This document shows, piece after piece, positions 19,857-28,937 of a stretch of 64,000 nt of DNA (position 1 is the stretch's first letter; the number at the start of each line of letters is the position of its first letter). The notes beneath the pieces are model-generated. The model was not told the DNA's origin. It saw only the letters and a program-made list of their open reading frames with translations, and did no database searches. The stretch is from an uncultured virus (IMG/VR IMGVR_UViG_3300028666_000031) (lineage: Duplodnaviria > Heunggongvirae > Uroviricota > Caudoviricetes): the IMG/VR virus record IMGVR_UViG_3300028666_000031. One strand, 5' to 3'. The translations under genes were made by a program, and so were the position numbers.

Positions 19857-20356
19857 ACCTTTGCCCGGTCATCCCTGTATGCTTTCCAACCCCCGAGATG
19901 CACCCCTTCGTAAATCAGTTTCTTCGGCTCATCCGGCACTTGGTCTGCCGTCATTAAATCCAGCAACATCGAGTCCGAGTCATCCTTGCTCAGGTCCGCC
20001 AATGTCCAACAACTCGCCTCAATCTCTGCCGCTTGGGATAGCAGCCATTCCGCTTGCGACCGCAGCTTTCGGGACTGTTCCAACCGCTCATCCATCGGAC
20101 CGGCCACCAACTTCTCCAGCCAATCCTGATACCCGCCGTCGTGTGGAATACACGCGCGCGCCCACGACCCGAACGGCGTGAGCCCCGTCGACCACAACGG
20201 TTGCGGGATGCTGGCTAAATCGGATTTGGATTTGAACGGAGGACACCGGAAAATGTTTCCATGCTCATCCGCGAACTCGATGGGTTCCCATGGAATCACA
20301 TTCCGGAAATCAACCGTCCGGACCAAACAATCCTTCCTTGTCCTAAAAACCATCAT
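19853..20356 (-). CDS. Hypothetical protein
   Basis: 167-aa ORF with 4-nt overlaps at both ends. Confidence 0.6.
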   Translation of the reverse strand: MMVFRTRKDCLVRTVDFRNVIPWEPIEFADEHGNIFRCPPFKSKSDLASIPQPLWSTGLTPFGSWARACIPHDGGYQDWLEKLVAGPMDERLEQSRKLRSQAEWLLSQAAEIEASCWTLADLSKDDSDSMLLDLMTADQVPDEPKKLIYEGVHLGGWKAYRDDRAKV

Positions 20357-20730
20357 GGCTTGCCCACCACCGCTCCTGCCGCTTTCCCAATCACTTCCCC
20401 AACCGCACCGCCCACCGAATTGAAGATGGCCGCCGTGTTCGTATCCACCGTCATGCTGAACTCGCCCATCTTGAAAACGTTGTAGCCCCCCAAGCCAGGT
20501 TGATTCACGTGCTTCGCCCCGATCGCATCAGCTTTCGGGTCGGAGAACAAAAACCATCCACCCCCGCGTGCCGTGTCCTTCAAGGTGACCTTCATCACCA
20601 TTCCATCTTGCCGCCCCTGGTAAACCCGCACCGTCTTAATCGTGCGGTCAGCGCGGTAAGGCACTGCGCAGCCTACCAGGCTGAGCAGTGCCACTATCCA
20701 CAACCTCTTAATCGTAATCGTAATCGTAAT
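20353..20730 (-). CDS. Lipoprotein (o-spanin-like candidate), start codon uncertain
   Basis: KRLWIVALLSLVG-C lipobox; SD AAGGAG followed by (ATTACG)n, no ATG. Confidence 0.55.
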   Translation of the reverse strand: MTITITIKRLWIVALLSLVGCAVPYRADRTIKTVRVYQGRQDGMVMKVTLKDTARGGGWFLFSDPKADAIGAKHVNQPGLGGYNVFKMGEFSMTVDTNTAAIFNSVGGAVGEVIGKAAGAVVGKP

Positions 20731-20734
20731 CTCC

Positions 20735-21277
20735 TTACTTAACCCCGGCCTGTCCGGAGTCTTTAAGGGCCAAGTCAATCGAGTCACAGAAAATACCCAG
20801 CACCGCACTCGGCCACTGGTTATTCGGCAACTGAACGGTTAACTGGTCGTCAAACAGAATTGTGTAGAGCGCAATCAGCCCGTTCTTCGCGTCGATGACT
20901 TCGGCGGGAATATTGGCCATCTGCAGCCCTTGTGTTGCTTTATCAACCGCACCCGCAATCGATCCGGGAGTAAAACTCTGCTGACTGACTGCGGTGCAAA
21001 CCGCCGAGCCGACGGCCCTGGCATAGTTGCCAATCTCAGCGGCATGTTGCGGCGAGTTATGGATAGCCCGGCGCAGCACGCTGGCTGCCACGGGTTCCAC
21101 CGCCACTTTAACCTTGTCCAGTTTCACTTGGTCAATCGTGGTAACGATATTAGTCACTCCATCAACCACAACCGGCGTATGGACACAGCCTGTGTTCAAG
21201 ACTGCCATAGCAATTGCGACAATTCCCAGCACTGCGACGACGCCGATAGTGCCAAGGATAATTTTGATTGGTTTCAT
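20735..21277 (-). CDS. Membrane protein/lipoprotein (lysis-cluster candidate)
   Basis: Long N-terminal hydrophobic helix ending LNTG-C. Confidence 0.6.
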   Translation of the reverse strand: MKPIKIILGTIGVVAVLGIVAIAMAVLNTGCVHTPVVVDGVTNIVTTIDQVKLDKVKVAVEPVAASVLRRAIHNSPQHAAEIGNYARAVGSAVCTAVSQQSFTPGSIAGAVDKATQGLQMANIPAEVIDAKNGLIALYTILFDDQLTVQLPNNQWPSAVLGIFCDSIDLALKDSGQAGVK

Positions 21278-21333
21278 TTTTACTTCTGACCTTTCTGATT
21301 TGTGCCCGAGCGTTTTACTCAGGACGATTGTTT

Positions 21334-21951
21334 CTATGTTTTTGAGGGAACCGCGGGAGAAATCGTTGGAGCCGGGGCTGTGAATTTTTCACACCCTTCA
21401 GCAACATGTGCATTATCAATAGGGGGCGCTAGGACGCTAGGGATGGTCGTCACTTGGCTAACCTTAGCCGCCTTCATGGCTGCCAGCTTATCGGTAATCG
21501 CGCCATGGAGTTGGTCTTGAATCTGGTGAAAGCCAATAGCCGCTGCACCCGCAAGCAAACTGAAGTGCGGCCCCAGGTTATGAAGCCCCCCTAATCCAGC
21601 CAGGCTATCCCCCAGGAAACCCAGCACCGGGCACAACAGAACAATCGCCGGCCCAGGCAGCGAAGGAATCTTTGCCCGAATCGACGTGATGACCATGGGC
21701 ACCAGCAAAGCAATGATCGTCCCCAGCCATTTCTGTTCCGTCGTCAACCCAGATAACAATGTGGACACCGCAACCTGCCCCCCGTCGGCCGTAACAAACA
21801 TGTTGTTAGTGATGGCTGCGCTAGTAATGAGCGGCGTCGTCGTAGTCGTGCCCATAATTGCACCTAAGTCCAGCGCGCCATACGCCAGCACCTCGCCAAA
21901 AGCAAAACACATCAACGCCAAACCAATCAACCGGCCACTTCGATAATTCAT
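21334..21951 (-). CDS. Multi-pass membrane protein (holin-like candidate)
   Basis: Signal/TM N-terminus plus about three hydrophobic segments. Confidence 0.55.
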   Translation of the reverse strand: MNYRSGRLIGLALMCFAFGEVLAYGALDLGAIMGTTTTTPLITSAAITNNMFVTADGGQVAVSTLLSGLTTEQKWLGTIIALLVPMVITSIRAKIPSLPGPAIVLLCPVLGFLGDSLAGLGGLHNLGPHFSLLAGAAAIGFHQIQDQLHGAITDKLAAMKAAKVSQVTTIPSVLAPPIDNAHVAEGCEKFTAPAPTISPAVPSKT

Positions 21952-22046
21952 ATAAACCGTCCGTTCCTTTTGTTTAGGGATTTACTGTCCGAAGGGAATC
22001 TCCGCCTCTGTTCAACCTCTCCAACACATTTAGAGAAACCTGTCAA
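21952..22046 (-). promoter_or_regulatory. Leader family B copy 2
   Basis: TTGACA GGTTTCTCT...GGAGAG...GGCGGAGATTCCC. Confidence 0.6.
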
Positions 22047-22051
22047 GCTCT

Positions 22052-22339
22052 CTACTCAGGATTTAACGGGCAATCCTCTGGCCGCGCCTGTTCCAGCACT
22101 GGACAATGTGTAGGCCTATGGCCCTCCTGACACGCAACGCACTGCTTATCCAGTTCCCGCTGCAGTTTGAGGCGGTTCAACTTGTTCAACCAATAGCCCG
22201 TCATCACCGTCACGACGAACCCCGCTAACAACGTGAGAATCCGTAGCCCTAGTTCCGCATGTTGTGCCAAACTCATAAGCACACTCGTGACCGAAGCCAT
22301 CAGCCCAGTCGCCCCCAATGCCATCGTTTTTGGTATCAT
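22052..22339 (-). CDS. Small membrane protein (holin-like)
   Basis: 95 aa, two hydrophobic helices, charged Cys-containing C-tail. Confidence 0.5.
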   Translation of the reverse strand: MIPKTMALGATGLMASVTSVLMSLAQHAELGLRILTLLAGFVVTVMTGYWLNKLNRLKLQRELDKQCVACQEGHRPTHCPVLEQARPEDCPLNPE

Positions 22340-22899
22340 GTTCGGTCTTCTCCTTTAGTCCGAAAGAAGGCAACAGCCAGAGACGGTCCGATTGGAACGC
22401 CTGAATTAAAAGTGAACCCACCCTGTCCATCCGCCTGCCTCAATCCCACTGGAACCCACACCATTAAATCCTGCGTCCGTTCCACTTGATACCAGGCATA
22501 CGGTTCCCCTGTTCCTATCACCAACTGTCCATCCGCCGATATAGCCAAGCGCAACACGGGAGCGGCGGGCCTAAGTGGCGGCGTATAAGAAATCTCGTTA
22601 CTAAAAACACTTTCCAAGCCGTCCGAAGCCACCGCTGTGGCCGCAAAATACAAGGTGGCGCCCCGCACCAAATTGGAAAGAGTGACCAGTGTGGCCGACC
22701 CCACCGAAATCATATTGGTGTAAAACCCCGGAGCCGAACCGTAATAGACGTGATAGCCCACCACATGGGTGTCGGTGCTCGCGTCCCACGCCAGTGTCAC
22801 ATTCGCCGGCGCATTGGTCTTTGGCTGCAACCCCTGGCTGTAACCTACTAAACTCAACATCACTAACCCGACCCCGATTGCTAGTTTCACACCCTTCAT
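22336..22899 (-). CDS. Secreted fibronectin type III domain protein
   Basis: Signal peptide; VTLAWDAS..VVGYHVYYG...LYFAATAV...LESVFSNE; C-terminal YQVERTQDLMVW segment. Confidence 0.8.
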   Translation of the reverse strand: MKGVKLAIGVGLVMLSLVGYSQGLQPKTNAPANVTLAWDASTDTHVVGYHVYYGSAPGFYTNMISVGSATLVTLSNLVRGATLYFAATAVASDGLESVFSNEISYTPPLRPAAPVLRLAISADGQLVIGTGEPYAWYQVERTQDLMVWVPVGLRQADGQGGFTFNSGVPIGPSLAVAFFRTKGEDRT

Positions 22900-22915
22900 A
22901 CGCTTCACACCTTTT

Positions 22916-23620
22916 TCATTGAACCGTCCACGCCCCGCGCGCAAACAACACCACCCACTGCCCATACACAGGGCAGTACACCAACGCTGTGGAATTAGGA
23001 GCAGTCGAATAAAGCACCCCGCCGGGAACCGACACCGCCGCCGGCCCATAGGCAATTGTCTCACCGGGCTTGGCCTGGAACGCGCAGGGTTGCGCGGCCA
23101 CCACCACCCAACCATATTGTAATCCGCCCGCTGAGTAGGGTAGGGCATTGGTCACTCCCCCGGTCGCCCCATAATTGTTGCACCACGTCCCCGAGGTGTT
23201 GATGATGCTCGAGAAATTAGCCGTCCGGATACTGGTCGGGAGCGCCGTCGCCGGCATGAACAACGTCGAAATCAGGTGCCCATCCGTTGGGTCCGTCATC
23301 ACCAGTTCCCCACCGCTCGTTCCCGCCACTGTCAACGTGCTGGCGATGAACACCGGCCCGCCATCTCCCAGGTTCGGCCAAGTCGTGCGTGTCACCCCTC
23401 CCAATGTTAACCCTTGCCGCACCGTCAAAGCCTGCACCGCAAACGGCCCCGTCCCATACAAACTCAGCCCTTGCAAGGTCGTATTAGCGTTCCCGTTCTC
23501 CTGGTAAAACGGCGGCAGCACCTTATCCAGGTAATGTTTGCCCAGGATAGTTTGCCCGTGTGCACACGCCTGCAGTAAAATCAAACTGACCAGACACCCT
23601 GCCTTAAAAAATGTTTTCAT
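22916..23620 (-). CDS. Secreted beta-rich fibre-like protein
   Basis: MKTFFKAGCLVSLILLQACAHG-Q signal; LTLGGVTRTTWP and C-terminal ..GAW.. fibre-type motifs. Confidence 0.65.
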   Translation of the reverse strand: MKTFFKAGCLVSLILLQACAHGQTILGKHYLDKVLPPFYQENGNANTTLQGLSLYGTGPFAVQALTVRQGLTLGGVTRTTWPNLGDGGPVFIASTLTVAGTSGGELVMTDPTDGHLISTLFMPATALPTSIRTANFSSIINTSGTWCNNYGATGGVTNALPYSAGGLQYGWVVVAAQPCAFQAKPGETIAYGPAAVSVPGGVLYSTAPNSTALVYCPVYGQWVVLFARGAWTVQ

Positions 23621-23625
23621 GGTTC

Positions 23626-25011
23626 CTAACTCCTTCGGATCCGCAATCCCAACGTGGCCCGTTTCACCCCTGCGCAGCTATCCACGTTGAACCCCAGCAC
23701 ATCCCCGGTAGAGAACGCCCAGGACACCGCTAAGTTCTGTGCCCGCGCTGGAATGGCCACCCCACTCAAAGTCGGCTTATTCGCCCCGGTAATGCTGTTG
23801 CTCACTGTCAACGGAAGCCCGGAGAATGTCCCTTGATACACGTCGACCGCCAAAGTCCCGCTGGGCAGCCCGATCAAATCCCACCCCGTAATCGTGCCCG
23901 AATACGGCATCACGATATACTCGTAGAGCCCCGTCGGAATCGGCACCCCCGCACCATCCAACACAATCAACTGCCCATCCGCATACGGTTGCCCGCCGGC
24001 CCCGGCGACCAGCGTATCCAAGCGCGTCTTATCCGCCGCCGAGAAGAACCCATCAGCGCTTTCGGTGGCCGCTGTGTGGGTATGGTCGCCACCGGCCGCC
24101 ATGCGCGAACCGGATCCCAACTGCACATACATCCCATTCGTGCCTACGCCGAGCGCGCCGCAGTTCGGTCCCGGGCTCGGGTCCGTCCGCACCGTCCCGC
24201 TCAACATGTTGTTGACGTCCAAGCCAATCGTCAGCGACGGCGTGTTGGCCACCACCAGTGCTCCTTGATACCCCGTGTGAGTATGATCCCCACGCGCTAC
24301 CTGGTTGTGGCCAACCCCGAAGTCCGTCCCCACCCCCGAATTCAAAATCAATCCACCATTGGCCTCTAAAGCCACTTCTGCCGACAACACCTGTCCCCCA
24401 TCAATCAACAAGGTGAGGGATGTGCTCGGTTGCGTGGTCACCGCCGGATGCAGCAACGCATGCGTATGGTCCCCATAGGCTGCTTGCGTGTGCCCGGTCC
24501 CGAGGTTCACTTGCAGACCGCCCGCCGTCAGGACCAGCCCGCCATTATTCACCACCTGCACCACCGCTGAAAATCCAGTCCCGCTCGCCAGCCAATTCAC
24601 CGACGGGCCATTCTGCAACATCCCGCCAATACTGGCCGTCAACGCGGTTTGCCAGTCGCTGATATCCGTGCTCTGATGGCCATGCCCTGGCACCGACACC
24701 ACCCCGGAATCAATGAACAACCCCTGCGCATCCTCGAGGACGCCGCCATTCGCTTTCAAGGCTACCACCGCTTGCACCTGGCCACCGCCCACCAGCCAGC
24801 GCACCGTGTCTGAATTCTCCACCGCCGCCATCAACGCCGTCCCCAGCGCTGTTGCCAAATCCGTGATATCCGCCGAAGTATGCTGATGCACCCGAGGAGC
24901 CGTCCCACTCAATGCCACCACAAACTCAGCGAACCGGACCAAGTCACCCGACGCCGTTGCTGGCAACCCCGCAGTGGCTTTGCCCTGACATGTTAACGTT
25001 TTGACTTGCAT
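23626..25011 (-). CDS. Tail/head fibre protein
   Basis: Repeated GDHTH, HQH and HGH motifs; DGFFSAADKTRLD fibre motif. Confidence 0.7.
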   Translation of the reverse strand: MQVKTLTCQGKATAGLPATASGDLVRFAEFVVALSGTAPRVHQHTSADITDLATALGTALMAAVENSDTVRWLVGGGQVQAVVALKANGGVLEDAQGLFIDSGVVSVPGHGHQSTDISDWQTALTASIGGMLQNGPSVNWLASGTGFSAVVQVVNNGGLVLTAGGLQVNLGTGHTQAAYGDHTHALLHPAVTTQPSTSLTLLIDGGQVLSAEVALEANGGLILNSGVGTDFGVGHNQVARGDHTHTGYQGALVVANTPSLTIGLDVNNMLSGTVRTDPSPGPNCGALGVGTNGMYVQLGSGSRMAAGGDHTHTAATESADGFFSAADKTRLDTLVAGAGGQPYADGQLIVLDGAGVPIPTGLYEYIVMPYSGTITGWDLIGLPSGTLAVDVYQGTFSGLPLTVSNSITGANKPTLSGVAIPARAQNLAVSWAFSTGDVLGFNVDSCAGVKRATLGLRIRRS

Positions 25012-25013
25012 GC

Positions 25014-26396
25014 TTAGGCCTTCGGCTTTGGATTTGTAGACGTCTGCGGACGTCCTGCCCCTTCCGGTTCCCCAGGCCGATTCCCATGATGCACGTCATA
25101 CAACGGGAACAATTCATCCTTGCGGGAAGCCTTCGCCTCTTCCTTCTTCCTTTCCGCTTCCACTTCCGGATCCCAGCCACCTTCTTCCAAACCCGTGGTC
25201 AACGAGAGCGGGCCTTGAGAGGTATAGAACTTGGCCATATCCCAACCCAATCGCGGGTCGCGGAAACAACGGTTGCCCCATTGCAATTTGACTGGCAGTC
25301 CAAACCCCTCGCTAATCACATACTCGCAATGGTCCGCCACCTTGAGCCGCTCCGCCTTGGCCTGCACCTCCAACATCGGCAACAGGTAAGGATTAGGCGT
25401 CTTGGCCATCAACATGAACCCCAACGGCCCAGCCCAAAACATGCACCGGTTGATAATCGTGTCCCACTTTCGTGCGTCGTAAAACTTCGGGTCCACCCAA
25501 TGCACCGCCATGTTATGGTCGAACTGCTGCACGGTTTCACACAAGCCATTGCGCCCGGCAAAGAACTTCTGAATCTCATCCGACCGTTTCTTCTTCCACA
25601 GATACGCCTCTTGACGCATGGCGTTGGCTCCGCTGCGCACTTCAAACCCAATCTTGTGTTCCCGCACCACCAGCCGGCCCGCCAGCGCATACATGAACTC
25701 CCCAATCTCCATCGATTCATTCTGCGACAACGTCCGGAACACCCGGCGCAACCGGGGCCACCCAAAGCCTTGCCCTTTCAAATTCTCCGTCAGCACTTTG
25801 AAATACTCGTCCTCGGCTTCCGAGAGCGTGATTTTCTTATTGCCCGCGTAACGCGCTAACTGGCTCGGGTTCAAACCCACCACGCCATTCTTCCCATCAT
25901 CCTCCAAATCACTCTTCTTGTAATTGAGCGCCACCCGCAACTTCTCAATCCCGAACGCGTCGCTATACTCACAGTTTTCCGGCAACAACAGGAACGGATG
26001 GGTCGTGTTCTCCTTGCGCCAGAACGACACCACGGTTTGATGCAGAATGTATTCACTCCAAACCGAGTCGATGTAACGCCTTAACTCCGCCCGTTGCATC
26101 GGATCCGCCAATACATTCGCAACCGCTTTCTTTGCCTTCGGTGTGGCCGGGGTAATCTGCAAATCGTAGTTGTAGAAGTCCTGCTTCATCTGACAGATTT
26201 GCTGCACAAACCAGTTGTCCCGGTGCCAGGCCCGGCCCCGAACAAACGCGTCATCCACCCGCCCGGGCACTTCGCGCTGCAGCAAATCTTCCGGCCGCAA
26301 CTTCTCCACACCTGTATTGATATCCAGCGACATCAGCGCAATCTCGTCATTGTGCTTGCGAATACGGGCAATCCGGCTCTGCTGTTTCTTTGTCAT
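25014..26396 (-). CDS. Portal protein (putative)
   Basis: About 460 aa immediately after the terminase nuclease gene; C-terminal helical segment plus GAGRP tail as in many portals. Confidence 0.65.
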   Translation of the reverse strand: MTKKQQSRIARIRKHNDEIALMSLDINTGVEKLRPEDLLQREVPGRVDDAFVRGRAWHRDNWFVQQICQMKQDFYNYDLQITPATPKAKKAVANVLADPMQRAELRRYIDSVWSEYILHQTVVSFWRKENTTHPFLLLPENCEYSDAFGIEKLRVALNYKKSDLEDDGKNGVVGLNPSQLARYAGNKKITLSEAEDEYFKVLTENLKGQGFGWPRLRRVFRTLSQNESMEIGEFMYALAGRLVVREHKIGFEVRSGANAMRQEAYLWKKKRSDEIQKFFAGRNGLCETVQQFDHNMAVHWVDPKFYDARKWDTIINRCMFWAGPLGFMLMAKTPNPYLLPMLEVQAKAERLKVADHCEYVISEGFGLPVKLQWGNRCFRDPRLGWDMAKFYTSQGPLSLTTGLEEGGWDPEVEAERKKEEAKASRKDELFPLYDVHHGNRPGEPEGAGRPQTSTNPKPKA

Positions 26397-26465
26397 CAAA
26401 ATAAAAACGGACGGCATTCAGCCGTCCGTAAGTTCCCTTCACGCATCTTTCGCGTGAACCGTCAA
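26397..26465 (-). promoter_or_regulatory. Leader family A copy 4
   Basis: TTGACG-N17-GTGAAG-N10-GACGGCTGAATGCCGTCCG-TTTTTATTTTG-ATG. Confidence 0.8.
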
Positions 26466-26479
26466 CAGTTTAATTGATG

Positions 26480-27352
26480 CTACCAACCAGCGAACCCCGA
26501 AGCGTCATCCGGACTCGCCGTCGCCCTCCAATCATCACTCCTTAACCAAATCAAAAACGCACCCCGGCACAACATACTGGCCAGCGCGATATCATCCCGA
26601 CCCGCCGAAGAGAACTGTCTTGCCCCACGCGCCGTGAACAACTGTGTTCCATCCTCCTTCGTGGCCACCATGATATTGCCCAACTGCTTTGTCGCCGCAT
26701 CGAGGTTCTTTAATGCCCAGCGCCGTTCCTCCGTCCAGCTTTCCACTTCCGCCTTATGGTCCGCATACCAGTCAGCCGTTGGCCCCGGCCACGCCACCAT
26801 CGCCCCGTCCACCGCTTCCTTCATCGCCGAATACAACCCGTCTTTCAAAAGCTCATCACCCGCCAGCGACCGACCGCCTTCCCCAGGCCATACCATTTCA
26901 ATCCCAGGATCACCCCGCTTGAACATGTGCAAAATGAAATGAGCGCGGGCGACTAACCTAGGGCCGTCCACTTGGTCCGCGATCGGCGTCACCTCCGTCT
27001 CGATGCCCTGGATGAGCTGGCGAGGGGAACGCAACTCCCGTTGCACAAAGATGCCGCCACCGCCGGCGCCCGGGTCCATTAGAATCTTCTCCAAACCGAA
27101 GGCCCGATGATGCTCATGAATCAACCCCGACCATTGCCGCGACGTTGCTTTCTCCCGATGGGTCAACACCCGTGCATAGACATAGTCGAAATACCAATCC
27201 GCCGGGTTATCCGACAACGTCACCTCTTCCTTCTCTGAAGAAGTCGGTTGTGTTCGAGGCGTTGCCGCGCCCAACACCAAAGCCCCCTGGTCTGACCTGT
27301 GAGAGTCTGATGGCGCGGGGTCTACTCCTTCAAAGAAATAGGCGTGCTTCAT
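26480..27352 (-). CDS. Terminase large subunit, C-terminal RNase H-like nuclease domain (separate gene)
   Basis: YFFEGVDPA, ILMDPGAGGGG and RDDIALA acidic motifs. Confidence 0.75.
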   Translation of the reverse strand: MKHAYFFEGVDPAPSDSHRSDQGALVLGAATPRTQPTSSEKEEVTLSDNPADWYFDYVYARVLTHREKATSRQWSGLIHEHHRAFGLEKILMDPGAGGGGIFVQRELRSPRQLIQGIETEVTPIADQVDGPRLVARAHFILHMFKRGDPGIEMVWPGEGGRSLAGDELLKDGLYSAMKEAVDGAMVAWPGPTADWYADHKAEVESWTEERRWALKNLDAATKQLGNIMVATKEDGTQLFTARGARQFSSAGRDDIALASMLCRGAFLIWLRSDDWRATASPDDASGFAGW

Positions 27353-27693
27353 GATAGCTGCGCCTTGGATAAGCCCACTCTGTCTACGGGTTGCGCAATG
27401 CTGCAGGGCCGTTCTGTCTCCTTGCGGGATTTGCTTTGCTCTTGAACCTCGCTAAGCGGCCTGAATCGGTCCGCACTAAACCCAAACTCCAAACCCGCTC
27501 GCGAAGTCGCATGTGGATTCATCACCCCCACTAGTAGCAAGCTCACATCCCCTGTCTTGCAATCCGTTCGAATGCCCAGTTGCACGTCCCGGACCACATA
27601 CGTCACTCCTTTGACCGGGAACGCCGTGTACAACGCAAGCGCTACCGCATCAAACCGGTCATCGATACAAACCACCTTTTGTCCTACGTTCAT
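27349..27693 (-). CDS. Hypothetical protein (SH3-like VGQKVVCID family)
   Basis: MNVGQKVVCIDD...YVVRDV...FSADRFRPL. Confidence 0.65.
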   Translation of the reverse strand: MNVGQKVVCIDDRFDAVALALYTAFPVKGVTYVVRDVQLGIRTDCKTGDVSLLLVGVMNPHATSRAGLEFGFSADRFRPLSEVQEQSKSRKETERPCSIAQPVDRVGLSKAQLS

Positions 27694-27699
27694 AAAATT

Positions 27700-27954
27700 T
27701 CAGATTGGAACGTACTCGATACGCTTCTCGGGACCGGCGTGATGACTCTGCTGTTCAGCATCCTCAAACTCAAAGATACCTGCCTGCAGAATATCAGTTG
27801 TATAACCGTGCCCACATGGACGCCACCAAGCATCCCATTCACCAGACCAAATGCGAACCTGTCGACCAACAAGGTGGCGGCGCACCGTCGGCCATCGTTT
27901 GATTTTCTTGAGCAGAATTCCACCGGGTTTAGTTCGAATATAAAGAGCTTTCAT
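27700..27954 (-). CDS. Hypothetical protein
   Basis: MKALYIR...IWSGEWDAWWRPCGHGYT; ATGA overlap with the terminase ATPase stop. Confidence 0.6.
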   Translation of the reverse strand: MKALYIRTKPGGILLKKIKRWPTVRRHLVGRQVRIWSGEWDAWWRPCGHGYTTDILQAGIFEFEDAEQQSHHAGPEKRIEYVPI

Positions 27955-28937
27955 AATGATCCCTCGAACTGTGCCCGGCTCATCACCGGCTTTACTCCCC
28001 GACGTTGCCCATTGGCAATACACTGCAAAATCGCTTCCTCACTAAACCACCCCGCACCATTCATTCCCCAAATCCCCAAGCCTTCCCCAAGCCACGCCGC
28101 TTTCGTCTGCTTGATTTTCAGCGTGTCAATCACCCCTTGCACCCGGTATTCCTGCTCATACGTCTTGCCCGTGCGACAGGTCAGGTTCGAGTAATCCTTG
28201 TAGCTATAACTGAGCACCGCGTAATTCGGGTCCCCTTGCTTCACTTCCCGCTCATGCGCTCGGAACCGTGCATACCCTGGATGCATCCGCGTCTTCGCCG
28301 GGGCCGTCAGTAAAATGTGATTCCCCCAAATGGGATGGAACTGATTCCAACAGGGCTTCGTGGTACGTCCGATGAGCTGGTCGTCAATGCCCGTGCTCGA
28401 CGCATCGATGTGCGGCCATTCCTCCACCAGCAACGTGTTGAACCGCATCGAGGCCTGCGTCGCCGCCGCCTTCATAAATGACGGCGCGGGCATGAACAGC
28501 GTGTTCCCATTCCGAAAGAACGCCTTCCAACACGCGGCCCCTTCTGTCTTGCCATCACCATCATCCTCACCTGACTCATCCGTCCTGCCCATCTGCGCAC
28601 GGAAAATTGGGGCCGTCGACAGGAACTTCCGGTAATATCCCCAAAACGTATTCTTGCCCGTCTCGAACACCGGATAGTACACCCCCACGTCCTGGTCTGG
28701 TAAAAGCATGCACCGCAGGTTCGTAAACAGAAAATCCACAATCGTCTTGCCCGAAGAGAACCCGGATGAGTCTATCACCTTCATCACCCACCAGTAGTAG
28801 CGCAACCGCGCCGCTTGGAAGGCATCCAACTCCACCCCAAAGATGACCCACGCCGCCATCACCGGGTCGGACAGCATCTCCTCCCAAGTGGCTTCCGACA
28901 CACTCAACCCGCTCGGCATCTGTGGACGCTCGCTCAT
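27951..28937 (-). CDS. Terminase large subunit, N-terminal ATPase domain (separate gene)
   Basis: LDAFQ motif, SGFSSGKT Walker A, LLVEEW Walker B, LLTAP motif III, WLGEGLGIW end-of-domain motif. Confidence 0.8.
   Translation of the reverse strand: MSERPQMPSGLSVSEATWEEMLSDPVMAAWVIFGVELDAFQAARLRYYWWVMKVIDSSGFSSGKTIVDFLFTNLRCMLLPDQDVGVYYPVFETGKNTFWGYYRKFLSTAPIFRAQMGRTDESGEDDGDGKTEGAACWKAFFRNGNTLFMPAPSFMKAAATQASMRFNTLLVEEWPHIDASSTGIDDQLIGRTTKPCWNQFHPIWGNHILLTAPAKTRMHPGYARFRAHEREVKQGDPNYAVLSYSYKDYSNLTCRTGKTYEQEYRVQGVIDTLKIKQTKAAWLGEGLGIWGMNGAGWFSEEAILQCIANGQRRGVKPVMSRAQFEGSL

Noticed and set aside
27353..27950. Intron, intein or homing endonuclease in the terminase
   Set aside because: The interval is filled by two coupled small ORFs with no HNH, LAGLIDADG, GIY-YIG or splice motifs that I could see
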